Shown here: positions 1 to 7,190 of the stretch, one piece after another | Numbering within the stretch: position 1 is the stretch's first letter | Layout of the letters: every line of letters starts with the position of its first letter | Assembly: GCA_002952755.1 (NCBI GenBank) | Contig: CP025011.1 | Coordinates: 1,080,001 to 1,112,000 of the forward strand | Direction of reading: 5' to 3' | Source: Candidatus Saccharimonadota bacterium | GTDB taxonomy: Bacteria; Patescibacteriota; Saccharimonadia; Saccharimonadales; UBA4665 | Length of the DNA: 32,000 nucleotides | Notes under the pieces: model-generated | The model's database searches: none | The model's input: only the letters and a program-made list of their open reading frames with translations | What the model was told of the DNA's origin: nothing | Translations under genes and position numbers: made by a program

Positions 1-1
1 A

Positions 2-523
2 CAAGGCCTACTGGCTTCCTGCGATTCGAATGAGTTAAGCAATTTCTTCCCGCAAATCGCCGGCAAAAAAGGGGAAACACCTCCATTCAAGCCTTATCAA
101 GATCAATACTATACACCGATTGTAACCTTCCGGAGCGCAAGCAGCGATACGATTACTGTGGATAATGGAAGCTACAAAAATGTAAACTTGCCTGTTGACC
201 AAGACGCTGCTTTTTATAGTCAGGGAAAGCAAGTGCAGCTCAGAGATCTGCGTCCGGGGGACACAATCGACTTAGTCGTCCATACCACTGCGCTTGCCCA
301 GGCTTATAGCACCGAGACTATTCCTCCGGACCAGCTTGCCAGCATGAGTAAAGACGGCTTCCCAATCGGGGCTACTGTGCAGGGCGGCGTAAGGTATACC
401 GCCGACCATTGGCAGATCATAGATACCATCATGCAAAAACAAGGGACAGACTGGACTACGCTTAAGCAAGATGCTTCTGCGCCAGACGGCTGGAGCCAGG
501 TAACGCCTCTAGCCAATAATTAG
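2..523 (+). CDS. Hypothetical protein, C-terminal fragment (5' end lies outside the window)
   Basis: The frame is open from the window edge to TAG at 521-523. The track start at 158 is a GTG inside this longer ORF. No motif recognised. Confidence 0.45.
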   Translation, partial: QGLLASCDSNELSNFFPQIAGKKGETPPFKPYQDQYYTPIVTFRSASSDTITVDNGSYKNVNLPVDQDAAFYSQGKQVQLRDLRPGDTIDLVVHTTALAQAYSTETIPPDQLASMSKDGFPIGATVQGGVRYTADHWQIIDTIMQKQGTDWTTLKQDASAPDGWSQVTPLANN

Positions 524-543
524 CTGTGCGCACAATCTAGTAC

Positions 544-589
544 AGAGAGATACCCCTAGACAACCACCTGAGCTAGGGGCCTTCTCTCT
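544..589 (+). terminator. Candidate two-part stem-loop after the first CDS
   Basis: AGAGAG (544-549) pairs with CTCTCT (584-589), and CCCCTAG (553-559) pairs with CTAGGGG (573-579). It lies 20 nt after the stop codon. The tail is pyrimidine-rich with no clean U-tract. Confidence 0.3.
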
Positions 590-609
590 ACATTGCTATA
601 CTTTGTGGT

Positions 610-972
610 ATGAATTTAGATGCCGGGTGTCCATTTTGTCTTGAGAATCATCTGCTAGTATGCGAAGTCCTGTATGAGGATGAGCTATGGTATTTTGCTT
701 CGGCGGAACCCGGAAGCATCAATAATGCCGGCATGGCTATTACAAAACGGCACGTTGCGACGCCGTTCGAGATCAACCAGGAAGAATGGATGCAACTCCA
801 TGCGCTATTACCAACGTTTAAAGCACTCTTGGATACTGACAATCCACAAGGCTACAACCTGGGCTGGAACGTCCATACAAAGGTGAGACAAACCGGAGAC
901 CGCATCAGAGGAAGTGGCAACATGACGAGCGCCAATAAAACAAAACGCCGACCACAGCGTAGAGCGCACTAA
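610..972 (+). CDS. HIT-family-like protein lacking the histidine triad (degenerate enzyme or pseudogene)
   Basis: The N-terminus has CPFC, and the ITKRHVATPFEINQEEW and GYNLGWNV segments resemble HIT/Hint proteins. Where HxHxHxx is expected the sequence reads TKVRQTGDRIRGSG and ends in a basic tail. No other frame restores the triad. A TATACT -10-like box (597-602) lies 7 nt before the ATG. Confidence 0.5.
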   Translation: MNLDAGCPFCLENHLLVCEVLYEDELWYFASAEPGSINNAGMAITKRHVATPFEINQEEWMQLHALLPTFKALLDTDNPQGYNLGWNVHTKVRQTGDRIRGSGNMTSANKTKRRPQRRAH

Positions 973-1125
973 ACCCGCTTGCAGCCCCCCCTGGCGGGCC
1001 ATTGGCGTACTCAGTATACTTGCGCCTTAGTATCTTTGCTGCGAGCTTTACTTCTATGGCTGATTTAAGGCGACTTTCAAAGTAAGCCTATCGCATCCAC
1101 AACCAGACATGGCTACATCATGCCA

Positions 1126-1154
1126 TTGACATGTGATGAACCATATGTTATTAT
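1126..1154 (+). promoter_or_regulatory. Sigma-70-type promoter (TTGACA-17 nt-TATTAT)
   Basis: TTGACA at 1126-1131, a 17-nt spacer, then TATTAT at 1149-1154. It lies inside the 5' part of track ORF 1120-2463, which argues for the downstream ATG at 1165. Confidence 0.55.
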
Positions 1155-1164
1155 CATACATATT

Positions 1165-2463
1165 ATGACTGCTGGTTGGGAAGCAAATGGTCAGTATGAA
1201 ACGGCGGCTGCAACTCTGGCGGCCCTAGACGCCGTCAGGGAAGCAGGCGGCCTTATCCACGATCTTCCTGGCTACGCTACCCATTTCTTGGCAACCGAAT
1301 ACAATACCCACACCACAGAGATGCCCGAATATCCGGGAACGTATAGAGAATACTCAAAAGCACAAAGAATACATAGTGCATTGGGTCAGCAAGCCTTGAA
1401 TGGAGAATTGGCCCTCACCAATGTGCCCGGTTACAAAGACGCAAATAGAGAAGGAGAGGAAGGAGTGGCCTACAGGGCTGCAAGTGCACTCCTGCGTATT
1501 TCTACAGTTGAAGGTCACGACGTGAGGGTAGATTCAAGTGAAGCCAGTGGCGATAAAGTAGTTATCGGACGAACAATCTTTACCGTCGCCACAGAAAAAG
1601 ATGCCAAACTTATTAATGGGCTGTTTCAAAGCTGGTCGCGCCCCGAAGATGGTTTTAAGGGTGTGCATACCGTATTCACGGACAAAAAAGAGGACGAATC
1701 ATACACGGTAATCGTCTATGACCTCAATGAATACACTATTCGTAACATGGGAAGCGCGTTAGATCAAATGGTTGCCGAGCGCGACTATGCTGAGTTTGGC
1801 GTTGCCTTACCAGATAATAAGCGCACACTTAAAACCTGGGAACAAGAGGGTCACACCTTCCCACCAGAATATCGTAAACGACTAGAAGAACGGAATCTCG
1901 CTTATCAGCTCCTTAAAGTTAAAGTAGATGGGACCTACGTCGGCGAGCCCAATATGCAACCAGACAAACGAGACGACCTACTTGGCACTGACGCAGCTCC
2001 CGTATTCCAGGCCATGCGCGATATTGTCAGGCCAATGATCGAAAAGATACGTAGCGGCACACATCTTAACGAGGAGCAGGATCCTGACAAAAGCGCACGA
2101 ACCCTGATCGAAAGAGGTATAGACAAACGGCGTGACCCAGGAGAACCTAATGCAGTAAAACAGGGACCGCTCAGCCCTCGTGTCCCACACCTGAAGGAAA
2201 GGATTATTGAGACACAAACGGCCGTTACCGCTCACGCCAAAAAGCATCCCGTACGCACTACAATCAAGTTGGCAACAAAAGCTGTCTGGGCCGGTGTGGA
2301 CCTACTAGCTGATGGGCTCGTAGAAATCGCACCCCTTGCCGGACGGGCAGGAAAAGCATGGCGTGACCGCCGTCGGGAATGGCGATTCCAGAAAGAGCTT
2401 GCCGTCGAGGCAGGTAATCATCTAGATCGAATCAGAGCAGATATACGCTCGAAAGTAGCTTAG
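1165..2463 (+). CDS. Hypothetical protein (432 aa, charged, no recognisable domain)
   Basis: Long ORF. I chose the start at ATG 1165 (MTAGWEANG...) because the consensus promoter at 1126-1154 overlaps the track start at 1120. The leader is very short or absent. Confidence 0.55.
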   Translation: MTAGWEANGQYETAAATLAALDAVREAGGLIHDLPGYATHFLATEYNTHTTEMPEYPGTYREYSKAQRIHSALGQQALNGELALTNVPGYKDANREGEEGVAYRAASALLRISTVEGHDVRVDSSEASGDKVVIGRTIFTVATEKDAKLINGLFQSWSRPEDGFKGVHTVFTDKKEDESYTVIVYDLNEYTIRNMGSALDQMVAERDYAEFGVALPDNKRTLKTWEQEGHTFPPEYRKRLEERNLAYQLLKVKVDGTYVGEPNMQPDKRDDLLGTDAAPVFQAMRDIVRPMIEKIRSGTHLNEEQDPDKSARTLIERGIDKRRDPGEPNAVKQGPLSPRVPHLKERIIETQTAVTAHAKKHPVRTTIKLATKAVWAGVDLLADGLVEIAPLAGRAGKAWRDRRREWRFQKELAVEAGNHLDRIRADIRSKVA

Positions 2464-2502
2464 TGTTTCTTCATCTGTAGGCGTAAAGTCTATACGACCG
2501 CT

Positions 2503-2913
2503 CTAGCAATCAAGCACGCTAACTGCAAGAGCCGCACCTATAAGTCCAATGTCGCGAAAGGTTATTAATAGCGCGCCCAAATTGGATAGAGTTATTCCAC
2601 CCAACAATACTACCGCCAATAAGCCAGCATACCGGGAAAACCTACCCCAGAGCAACCAAGCGGCAAGTATAAACTGTGCTGCCGATATACTATCGAGCAT
2701 AACCTTGGCGTCAACAATATTACTTATGGAGTGCGGGATATAGCCGATCCAAGCCTCAGGGTGGAGCAGGGCCTCAGTGGCTGCATATAAAAACACGAAG
2801 GCAAGACCGACCCGGAGTGCAAGCGACGCGAGACGAATCTTCTGTTCCGGCCGCAAGTAATTCTTTTCTGGTCTGGCATCCTGTCCTCTATTCCTATGCT
2901 TACTAGAACTCAT
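2503..2913 (-). CDS. Small 4-TM membrane protein, DoxX-like
   Basis: 136 aa with a basic N-terminus followed by four hydrophobic helices. The family call rests on general resemblance only. The start codon (2911-2913) lies inside the 2903-3070 palindrome. Confidence 0.5.
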   Translation of the reverse strand: MSSSKHRNRGQDARPEKNYLRPEQKIRLASLALRVGLAFVFLYAATEALLHPEAWIGYIPHSISNIVDAKVMLDSISAAQFILAAWLLWGRFSRYAGLLAVVLLGGITLSNLGALLITFRDIGLIGAALAVSVLDC

Positions 2914-3070
2914 CTCAAAACCTGCTTTCGAGCTAAAAAGTGCAGATTGTGGGCTGGGAAAGTTGTAGCGGGAGGAGGCGTAACCATAGTTACGGTGACG
3001 AGTGGTACGACTTTCCCAGCCTGCAAGGCTGCGGTTTTTAGCCGGAATGAGGTTTTGAGATGAGTTCTAG
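2903..3070. repeat. 168-nt nested quasi-palindrome (21-bp perfect outer inverted repeat, 12-bp inner inverted repeat, apical hairpin)
   Basis: 2903-2923 CTAGAACTCATCTCAAAACCT is the exact reverse complement of 3050-3070. 2952-2963 GGCTGGGAAAGT pairs with 3010-3021. The apical hairpin is 2979-2984/2989-2994 (CGTAAC/GTTACG) with loop CATA. The arms in between are partly complementary, for example AAAAA 2935-2939 with TTTTT 3035-3039. Confidence 0.85.
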
Positions 3071-3194
3071 CCATATTCACATTGTAACGTGGTACGCGAT
3101 CGAATAAAAACAACCCAGCTGAACGCTTACCTTGCGAAGGTAGGGCCGCACATATTACTATAGGGATATACTGTTTTAGAAGGTGGGCCTCCCG

Positions 3195-4016
3195 ATGTTG
3201 GACCAACAAAGTACCGGAACTTCACACAGGCCTGTGCCTAAAAAAGCGCATACACGTTATGCGAGCAGTTTGCTTGCAGCCATAGGTTTTTTAGCCAATG
3301 TAACCGCCATTGCCGGTCTAGTAACCAGTCATGCCAACACCATCATTATTACTGCTGCCGTCCTGGGGGTGCTATGTGGTCTCTATCTACTCTTAAAGCG
3401 CTGGGGCAAACCGGTGGGCTGGTACACCATGATGGCCACGGCAATAATTGTGGCTGGTAGCGTTATGCTATCGCTCGCCCTCAAAGACAGGCACGACGGG
3501 GCAGAAGACTCTACTGGGAATAACAGCGTTATAAGTACCAACGGGAGCAACTCCAGCACAAATACTCCTTCGAGCGGGAAACCCGTAAGCAAGACGTCGA
3601 ATCATACCCCGGTCTTCGAAAAAAGCTTCAAACTCACCTCACAGGAAGGCCTGGAACTAGATGACGAAAAGGGAACCATTCGCATGCAGCAAAGCGCCGC
3701 CAAAGCCCCAATCGATATCTATCTGAGCAATTACCCGATGCTGTATGTGAGTATTAAGCACTTTTACACTTACCAGGCACCAGAGAATCCCACAGGCAAC
3801 ACCGACAAAGACCAATACACTAGCTGCCTCAACCTCATTAATACAAGTCAACTAGGCAACAGTTATATTAGTGCATCCAGCGTCGTGCCTGGCCAGCAGT
3901 ACTGCCTTATTACGACCGGGGGACGAGTGGCGCTCATTACCATGCAGGAGATAATCGACGACGGTTATGATTCACCTAACAATAACGCCAGCTTTACAGT
4001 CAAACTCTGGAATTAA
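3195..4016 (+). CDS. Membrane-anchored protein with S/T/N-rich linker and C-terminal extracytoplasmic domain, unknown function
   Basis: ATG 3195 is preceded by GAAGGTGG 8 nt upstream; the track start 3183 is a GTG inside that RBS. There are three N-terminal hydrophobic helices, then a low-complexity NSSTNTPSSG linker. Confidence 0.6.
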   Translation: MLDQQSTGTSHRPVPKKAHTRYASSLLAAIGFLANVTAIAGLVTSHANTIIITAAVLGVLCGLYLLLKRWGKPVGWYTMMATAIIVAGSVMLSLALKDRHDGAEDSTGNNSVISTNGSNSSTNTPSSGKPVSKTSNHTPVFEKSFKLTSQEGLELDDEKGTIRMQQSAAKAPIDIYLSNYPMLYVSIKHFYTYQAPENPTGNTDKDQYTSCLNLINTSQLGNSYISASSVVPGQQYCLITTGGRVALITMQEIIDDGYDSPNNNASFTVKLWN

Positions 4017-4028
4017 TAACGACGCCGG

Positions 4029-4134
4029 AGCGACCCCCAGCATGCTCTTGGGTAGAGCGTTACACGCAGGCCGACCTCAGGTCGGTCTGGTTGCACTACG
4101 CTTGACTCTACCCAAGAGCATGCTGGGGGTCGCT
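4029..4134 (+). ncRNA. Candidate structured RNA, copy 1: 29-bp perfect stem around a conserved 60-nt core
   Basis: 4029-4057 pairs perfectly with 4106-4134. The core 4052-4111 matches 25073-25131 except in the apical loop. G:U-compatible pairs favour the + strand. Function and transcription are unverified. Confidence 0.45.
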
Positions 4135-4179
4135 TGACCAGGTTGCGCAAGATGATAGGTGTGATACCGTATAAATGCT

Positions 4180-4584
4180 ATGTTTAGCCTGATCAAAAAA
4201 TTTGAGAATAACCGCGTATTCAGCGAAGGCGAAGCGTGGACATTGTTCCGGCTCGCTGCTATTGGGGAAGGCTGTGGCTGGACGCTGCTCATTTCCGGTA
4301 TTCTAAGCACGCGCTTTCTTGTGCACGGCAATAATATCCCCGTACTGCTGGCCGGACAACTACACGGTATGCTCTTTTTTCTCTATGCTCTCGCAGCACT
4401 TGGACTCTATCCCAGCCTGCACTGGTCGCGTAAAAGGGCACTTGTTGCTCTCATCGCCAGCGTGCCACCGTTCGGCTCGCTCTTGTTTGAACAATGGGCC
4501 CGCTATAGAGCCGAAAGGGAACAGCTGACCACATATAGATACTGCCTAGTACTCGTGGCTCTAGCAAGTGAAGGACGGTCATAA
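4180..4584 (+). CDS. DUF3817-like integral membrane protein
   Basis: FRLAAIGEGCGWTLLISG ... AGQLHGMLFFLYALAA fits the remembered DUF3817 pattern (f..vA..EG ... G..HG.lF..Y). It has four hydrophobic segments. Confidence 0.6.
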   Translation: MFSLIKKFENNRVFSEGEAWTLFRLAAIGEGCGWTLLISGILSTRFLVHGNNIPVLLAGQLHGMLFFLYALAALGLYPSLHWSRKRALVALIASVPPFGSLLFEQWARYRAEREQLTTYRYCLVLVALASEGRS

Positions 4585-4636
4585 GCACAAGTAATCGAAC
4601 AAAAGCCAAGCAAAGAGTCACAAGTTATACAACTTT

Positions 4637-4645
4637 TGGTATAAT
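4637..4645 (+). promoter_or_regulatory. Extended -10 element (TGgTATAAT) for a leaderless transcript
   Basis: TG at 4637-4638 and TATAAT at 4640-4645. ATG 4652 follows 6 nt later with no Shine-Dalgarno sequence. Confidence 0.5.
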
Positions 4646-4651
4646 AAAGGT

Positions 4652-5068
4652 ATGTCTTACTGGTACAAAATTGGTTTATTAGTGCTTAGCGAAGATAATA
4701 CGACATTTTTAGTTTGCGAAAAAGATCCTCGCGACATAACCAGCGACTATATCATGCCTGGCGGCCAGATGACTCAAGAAACAGTCGAGGAATGTCTAAA
4801 AGACAAAATTAAGGGTGAGCTAGACTGCGAAGTCGATTTCAAAACCTTAGTATACGTAGGCGAATATGCCGACGTCGCTGCCGGAGATACTGATCACGAA
4901 GTGTCAATCGAGCTGTACCGGGCAAAAATAATCGGAGAACCCAAACCCTCATCCGAGATCAAGGCCTTGCATTGGATCGGCAAGGACGACGCCAACAATC
5001 CTCGCGTTTCGGTAATCATCCGCAATAAAATTATTCCTGATCTCGTACGTCGCAGCATATTGAAATAA
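4652..5068 (+). CDS. Nudix-fold-like protein with degenerate Nudix box
   Basis: GGQMTQETVEECLKDKIKGELD aligns to GX5EX7REUXEEXGU. However, RE is replaced by DK and only one of the EE pair is kept. Size (138 aa) and the beta-rich flanks fit a Nudix fold. Confidence 0.5.
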   Translation: MSYWYKIGLLVLSEDNTTFLVCEKDPRDITSDYIMPGGQMTQETVEECLKDKIKGELDCEVDFKTLVYVGEYADVAAGDTDHEVSIELYRAKIIGEPKPSSEIKALHWIGKDDANNPRVSVIIRNKIIPDLVRRSILK

Positions 5069-5078
5069 AGGAGCCCTT

Positions 5079-5753
5079 ATGGAGCTTAACTCCCAATACC
5101 CACAACAATATCCTCATCTGCCAAGCAATCCGAATCCACCCCAAAATCCGTGGCAACCTGAAGCAACAGGGCCGCAGCCAACGCCAATAACCGCCCAAGC
5201 GCACTTTCAGCAACCAGTACAAACCACGCCGGCACCACCTCAACCTCAATGGCAGGAGCCAGCGGTGCAATCTCCGCTACCCGAGCAGCCCGGGCTACGC
5301 CCCACACCCGTCGTCAAAGTACTCAGCCCACTCGGGGTCGAATATATTTTCCTCACTATTACGTTACTCACGGGCGCCACTTCCCTCATCACGGCGCTTC
5401 TGTTGCTTATAAACGGTGGCGCACATTTCTCGGCACTCGCTTTTCCTACGGCTGCACTCACCGTAACGGTGCCTGTCTTTGCGCTTATCTTCCTGGATCT
5501 CAAGAAACAGGAAATGCGGCGGCCAGAGCTCAAGCTAGATCCCTCCAAGCGCCGTTCCACGCAGTTTACCCAAATTGTCGCTTTTCTAGTGAGTCTCATG
5601 GCCATCATTGGGTTCGTATTCTCTATTTTTGGCAAAATGAGCGGCGACAATGTTTCGATTTGGAAGGCATTCCTCGACACTATTTTTGTATTGGCAGTAG
5701 CTGGCGGTATATTAGCCTACTACTGGAATGACGAGCACAAAACGAGCCGGTAG
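5079..5753 (+). CDS. Membrane protein with Pro/Gln-rich N-terminal region and 4 TM helices
   Basis: AAGGAG RBS lies 6 nt upstream. About 80 aa of P/Q-rich low complexity are followed by four hydrophobic helices. The overlapping alternative-frame ORFs are by-products of the GC-rich repeat. Confidence 0.6.
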   Translation: MELNSQYPQQYPHLPSNPNPPQNPWQPEATGPQPTPITAQAHFQQPVQTTPAPPQPQWQEPAVQSPLPEQPGLRPTPVVKVLSPLGVEYIFLTITLLTGATSLITALLLLINGGAHFSALAFPTAALTVTVPVFALIFLDLKKQEMRRPELKLDPSKRRSTQFTQIVAFLVSLMAIIGFVFSIFGKMSGDNVSIWKAFLDTIFVLAVAGGILAYYWNDEHKTSR

Positions 5754-5763
5754 GAAATGTAGC

Positions 5764-6249
5764 ATGCGACCACAGCTCTTCAAATATCAGGCAGGTCTGG
5801 CTGTCATTGGTGCATTTACACTTTTTCTGTGTATCTTCGTACTGTTTCAGGCTGGTGATGTGAAGCAGGATAACGCCACCTTAAAAACCGCTAGCGATAT
5901 TGCACAAAAACTTAATGACTATACCTCGAATCAACAATCAATACCTGACTCGCTCAGCGCAGTTGGCGCCCGTGATATACCTGCAGCCATCAGTTACCAC
6001 CGTCTGTCCGATACAAGCTATCAATTTTGCGTCACCTTCAAGGCAGCCGCTGGCGATACTAACGCACTCCGGCTCCTGGAAGATGCAGCCAGTCGCTCTA
6101 CAAACAGTGAGGCTACATATGATAGTGGCAATTCATCACTTTATATTTCGAGCGTTCACAAAAAGGGGGAGAATTGCCAGACTGTCACGCCCTATGTCTA
6201 CAACTACTCCGGCGCTTCCAACCAAACTGATACCTTCAACCTAAACTAA
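5764..6249 (+). CDS. Signal-anchored secreted protein, unknown function
   Basis: ATG 5764 (MRPQLFKYQAGLAVIGAFTLFLCIFVLF...) is preceded by AGGAA. The track start 5728 overlaps the upstream gene and lacks an RBS. Confidence 0.55.
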   Translation: MRPQLFKYQAGLAVIGAFTLFLCIFVLFQAGDVKQDNATLKTASDIAQKLNDYTSNQQSIPDSLSAVGARDIPAAISYHRLSDTSYQFCVTFKAAAGDTNALRLLEDAASRSTNSEATYDSGNSSLYISSVHKKGENCQTVTPYVYNYSGASNQTDTFNLN

Positions 6250-6278
6250 ATCAGCCCCATAGGCACTTTGCATAAAAA

Positions 6279-7034
6279 CTAAGAAACGGCCAGGATAGCT
6301 TCGATTGCCAGTGCTGTATCTTCCCACTTATGCACTTGCAGCGAGTCAATTCCCAGGGCTTTCACCGGATAATCATTACCCCCTTCTTCTAGACAATCGC
6401 CGACAAAGAAGATGTCTTCTTTGGTAATATGCAAGGTTTCTATCAATTTTTTCATGCCGTACGCCTTATCCATGCCCATGTGCGTTACATCTACTGATGT
6501 CGTACCGCCTACGCGAACCTCAAGGTCCGGTAACCGCTCAGCGACATAGTCGCGCAGGGCATGCTTCTTCACACCATCCGGGTCCCACTTATATTTCTCG
6601 TCCGGCGGCGCAGCTTGCCCCAGTGCCGAAAAGGTAATCTGACTACCGCGGTCTTCGATAATCTCACCATATGGCTTTTCTTCCCAATAGCCCAAATGCT
6701 TTGCGCCTTCGGCGAGCGTTTCTACGATCAGTTTCTTTTGTGCCGCAGATAAATCCTCGGCATATACTTTTGTCCACTCATGTATGACGTCGTCATAACG
6801 AAAGTAGCGAGTGCCACATGTAGGCATAATATGTAGCTTATGAAGTAGTGGGCCCTCAACGCTCAGCCGCCCAATGACCTGTTTTTGGAACTGCTCAAAC
6901 TTACCGCCAGAGATGACGCATACTTCGTATCTTTCAAGTAGTAGGCCCAATAACTCGGCGATGCGATCAGTTATAGGAGACTTAGCAACAGCCAATGTGT
7001 CGTCTAAGTCGAAAGCGATAACGGTGCGTTTCAT
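6279..7034 (-). CDS. HAD-IIB family hydrolase / phosphomannomutase-like
   Basis: MKRTVIAFDLDDTLAVAKSPIT...VCVISGGKFEQFQKQ resembles the PMM/Cof-type HAD motif I (DxDxT) and cap. A late GDCLEEGGNDYP matches motif IV. The start at M30 of the track ORF is preceded by GAAGGAG. Confidence 0.65.
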   Translation of the reverse strand: MKRTVIAFDLDDTLAVAKSPITDRIAELLGLLLERYEVCVISGGKFEQFQKQVIGRLSVEGPLLHKLHIMPTCGTRYFRYDDVIHEWTKVYAEDLSAAQKKLIVETLAEGAKHLGYWEEKPYGEIIEDRGSQITFSALGQAAPPDEKYKWDPDGVKKHALRDYVAERLPDLEVRVGGTTSVDVTHMGMDKAYGMKKLIETLHITKEDIFFVGDCLEEGGNDYPVKALGIDSLQVHKWEDTALAIEAILAVS

Positions 7035-7155
7035 AGTTGCTCCTTCTTCGTTACTCATATCGATTATCAAACCCGCATAGGCAATAACCCTCTGCCGTAA
7101 AGTATCCTTATTGTACCCCACTAACCAGGGTGTCTGGCATTTCCCGACAAAACGC

Positions 7156-7184
7156 TTGCAATATTAGACCACACGGTCTAATAT
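7156..7184 (+). promoter_or_regulatory. Promoter of the TetR gene (TTGCAA-17 nt-TAATAT), apparently leaderless
   Basis: TTGCAA at 7156-7161, a 17-nt spacer, then TAATAT at 7179-7184. ATG 7191 follows 6 nt later with no SD. Confidence 0.5.
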
Positions 7185-7185
7185 T
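7160..7185. promoter_or_regulatory. Perfect palindromic operator (AATATTAGACC-ACAC-GGTCTAATATT)
   Basis: Two perfect 11-bp inverted half-sites are separated by 4 bp. The site covers the spacer and -10 of the adjacent TetR promoter and lies in the divergent intergenic region shared with the HAD gene. Confidence 0.7.
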
Positions 7186-7190
7186 GGTCT

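Noticed and set aside
2910-3209. 99-aa ORF on the - strand in the DoxX / 3195 intergenic region
   Set aside because: It runs through the 168-nt palindrome and the RBS of the 3195 gene. It has no RBS or promoter of its own, and its sequence composition looks like translated structured DNA. I treat it as non-coding.
4077-4331. 84-aa ORF on the - strand
   Set aside because: It is antisense to the DUF3817-like gene and ends inside hairpin copy 1. It has no start context.
5086-5731. Three long alternative-frame or antisense ORFs (5086-5307 -, 5246-5680 -, 5249-5731 +)
   Set aside because: All lie inside the 5079-5753 gene, whose GC-rich P/Q-repeat region keeps other frames open. Only 5079 has an AAGGAG RBS and a sensible TM topology.
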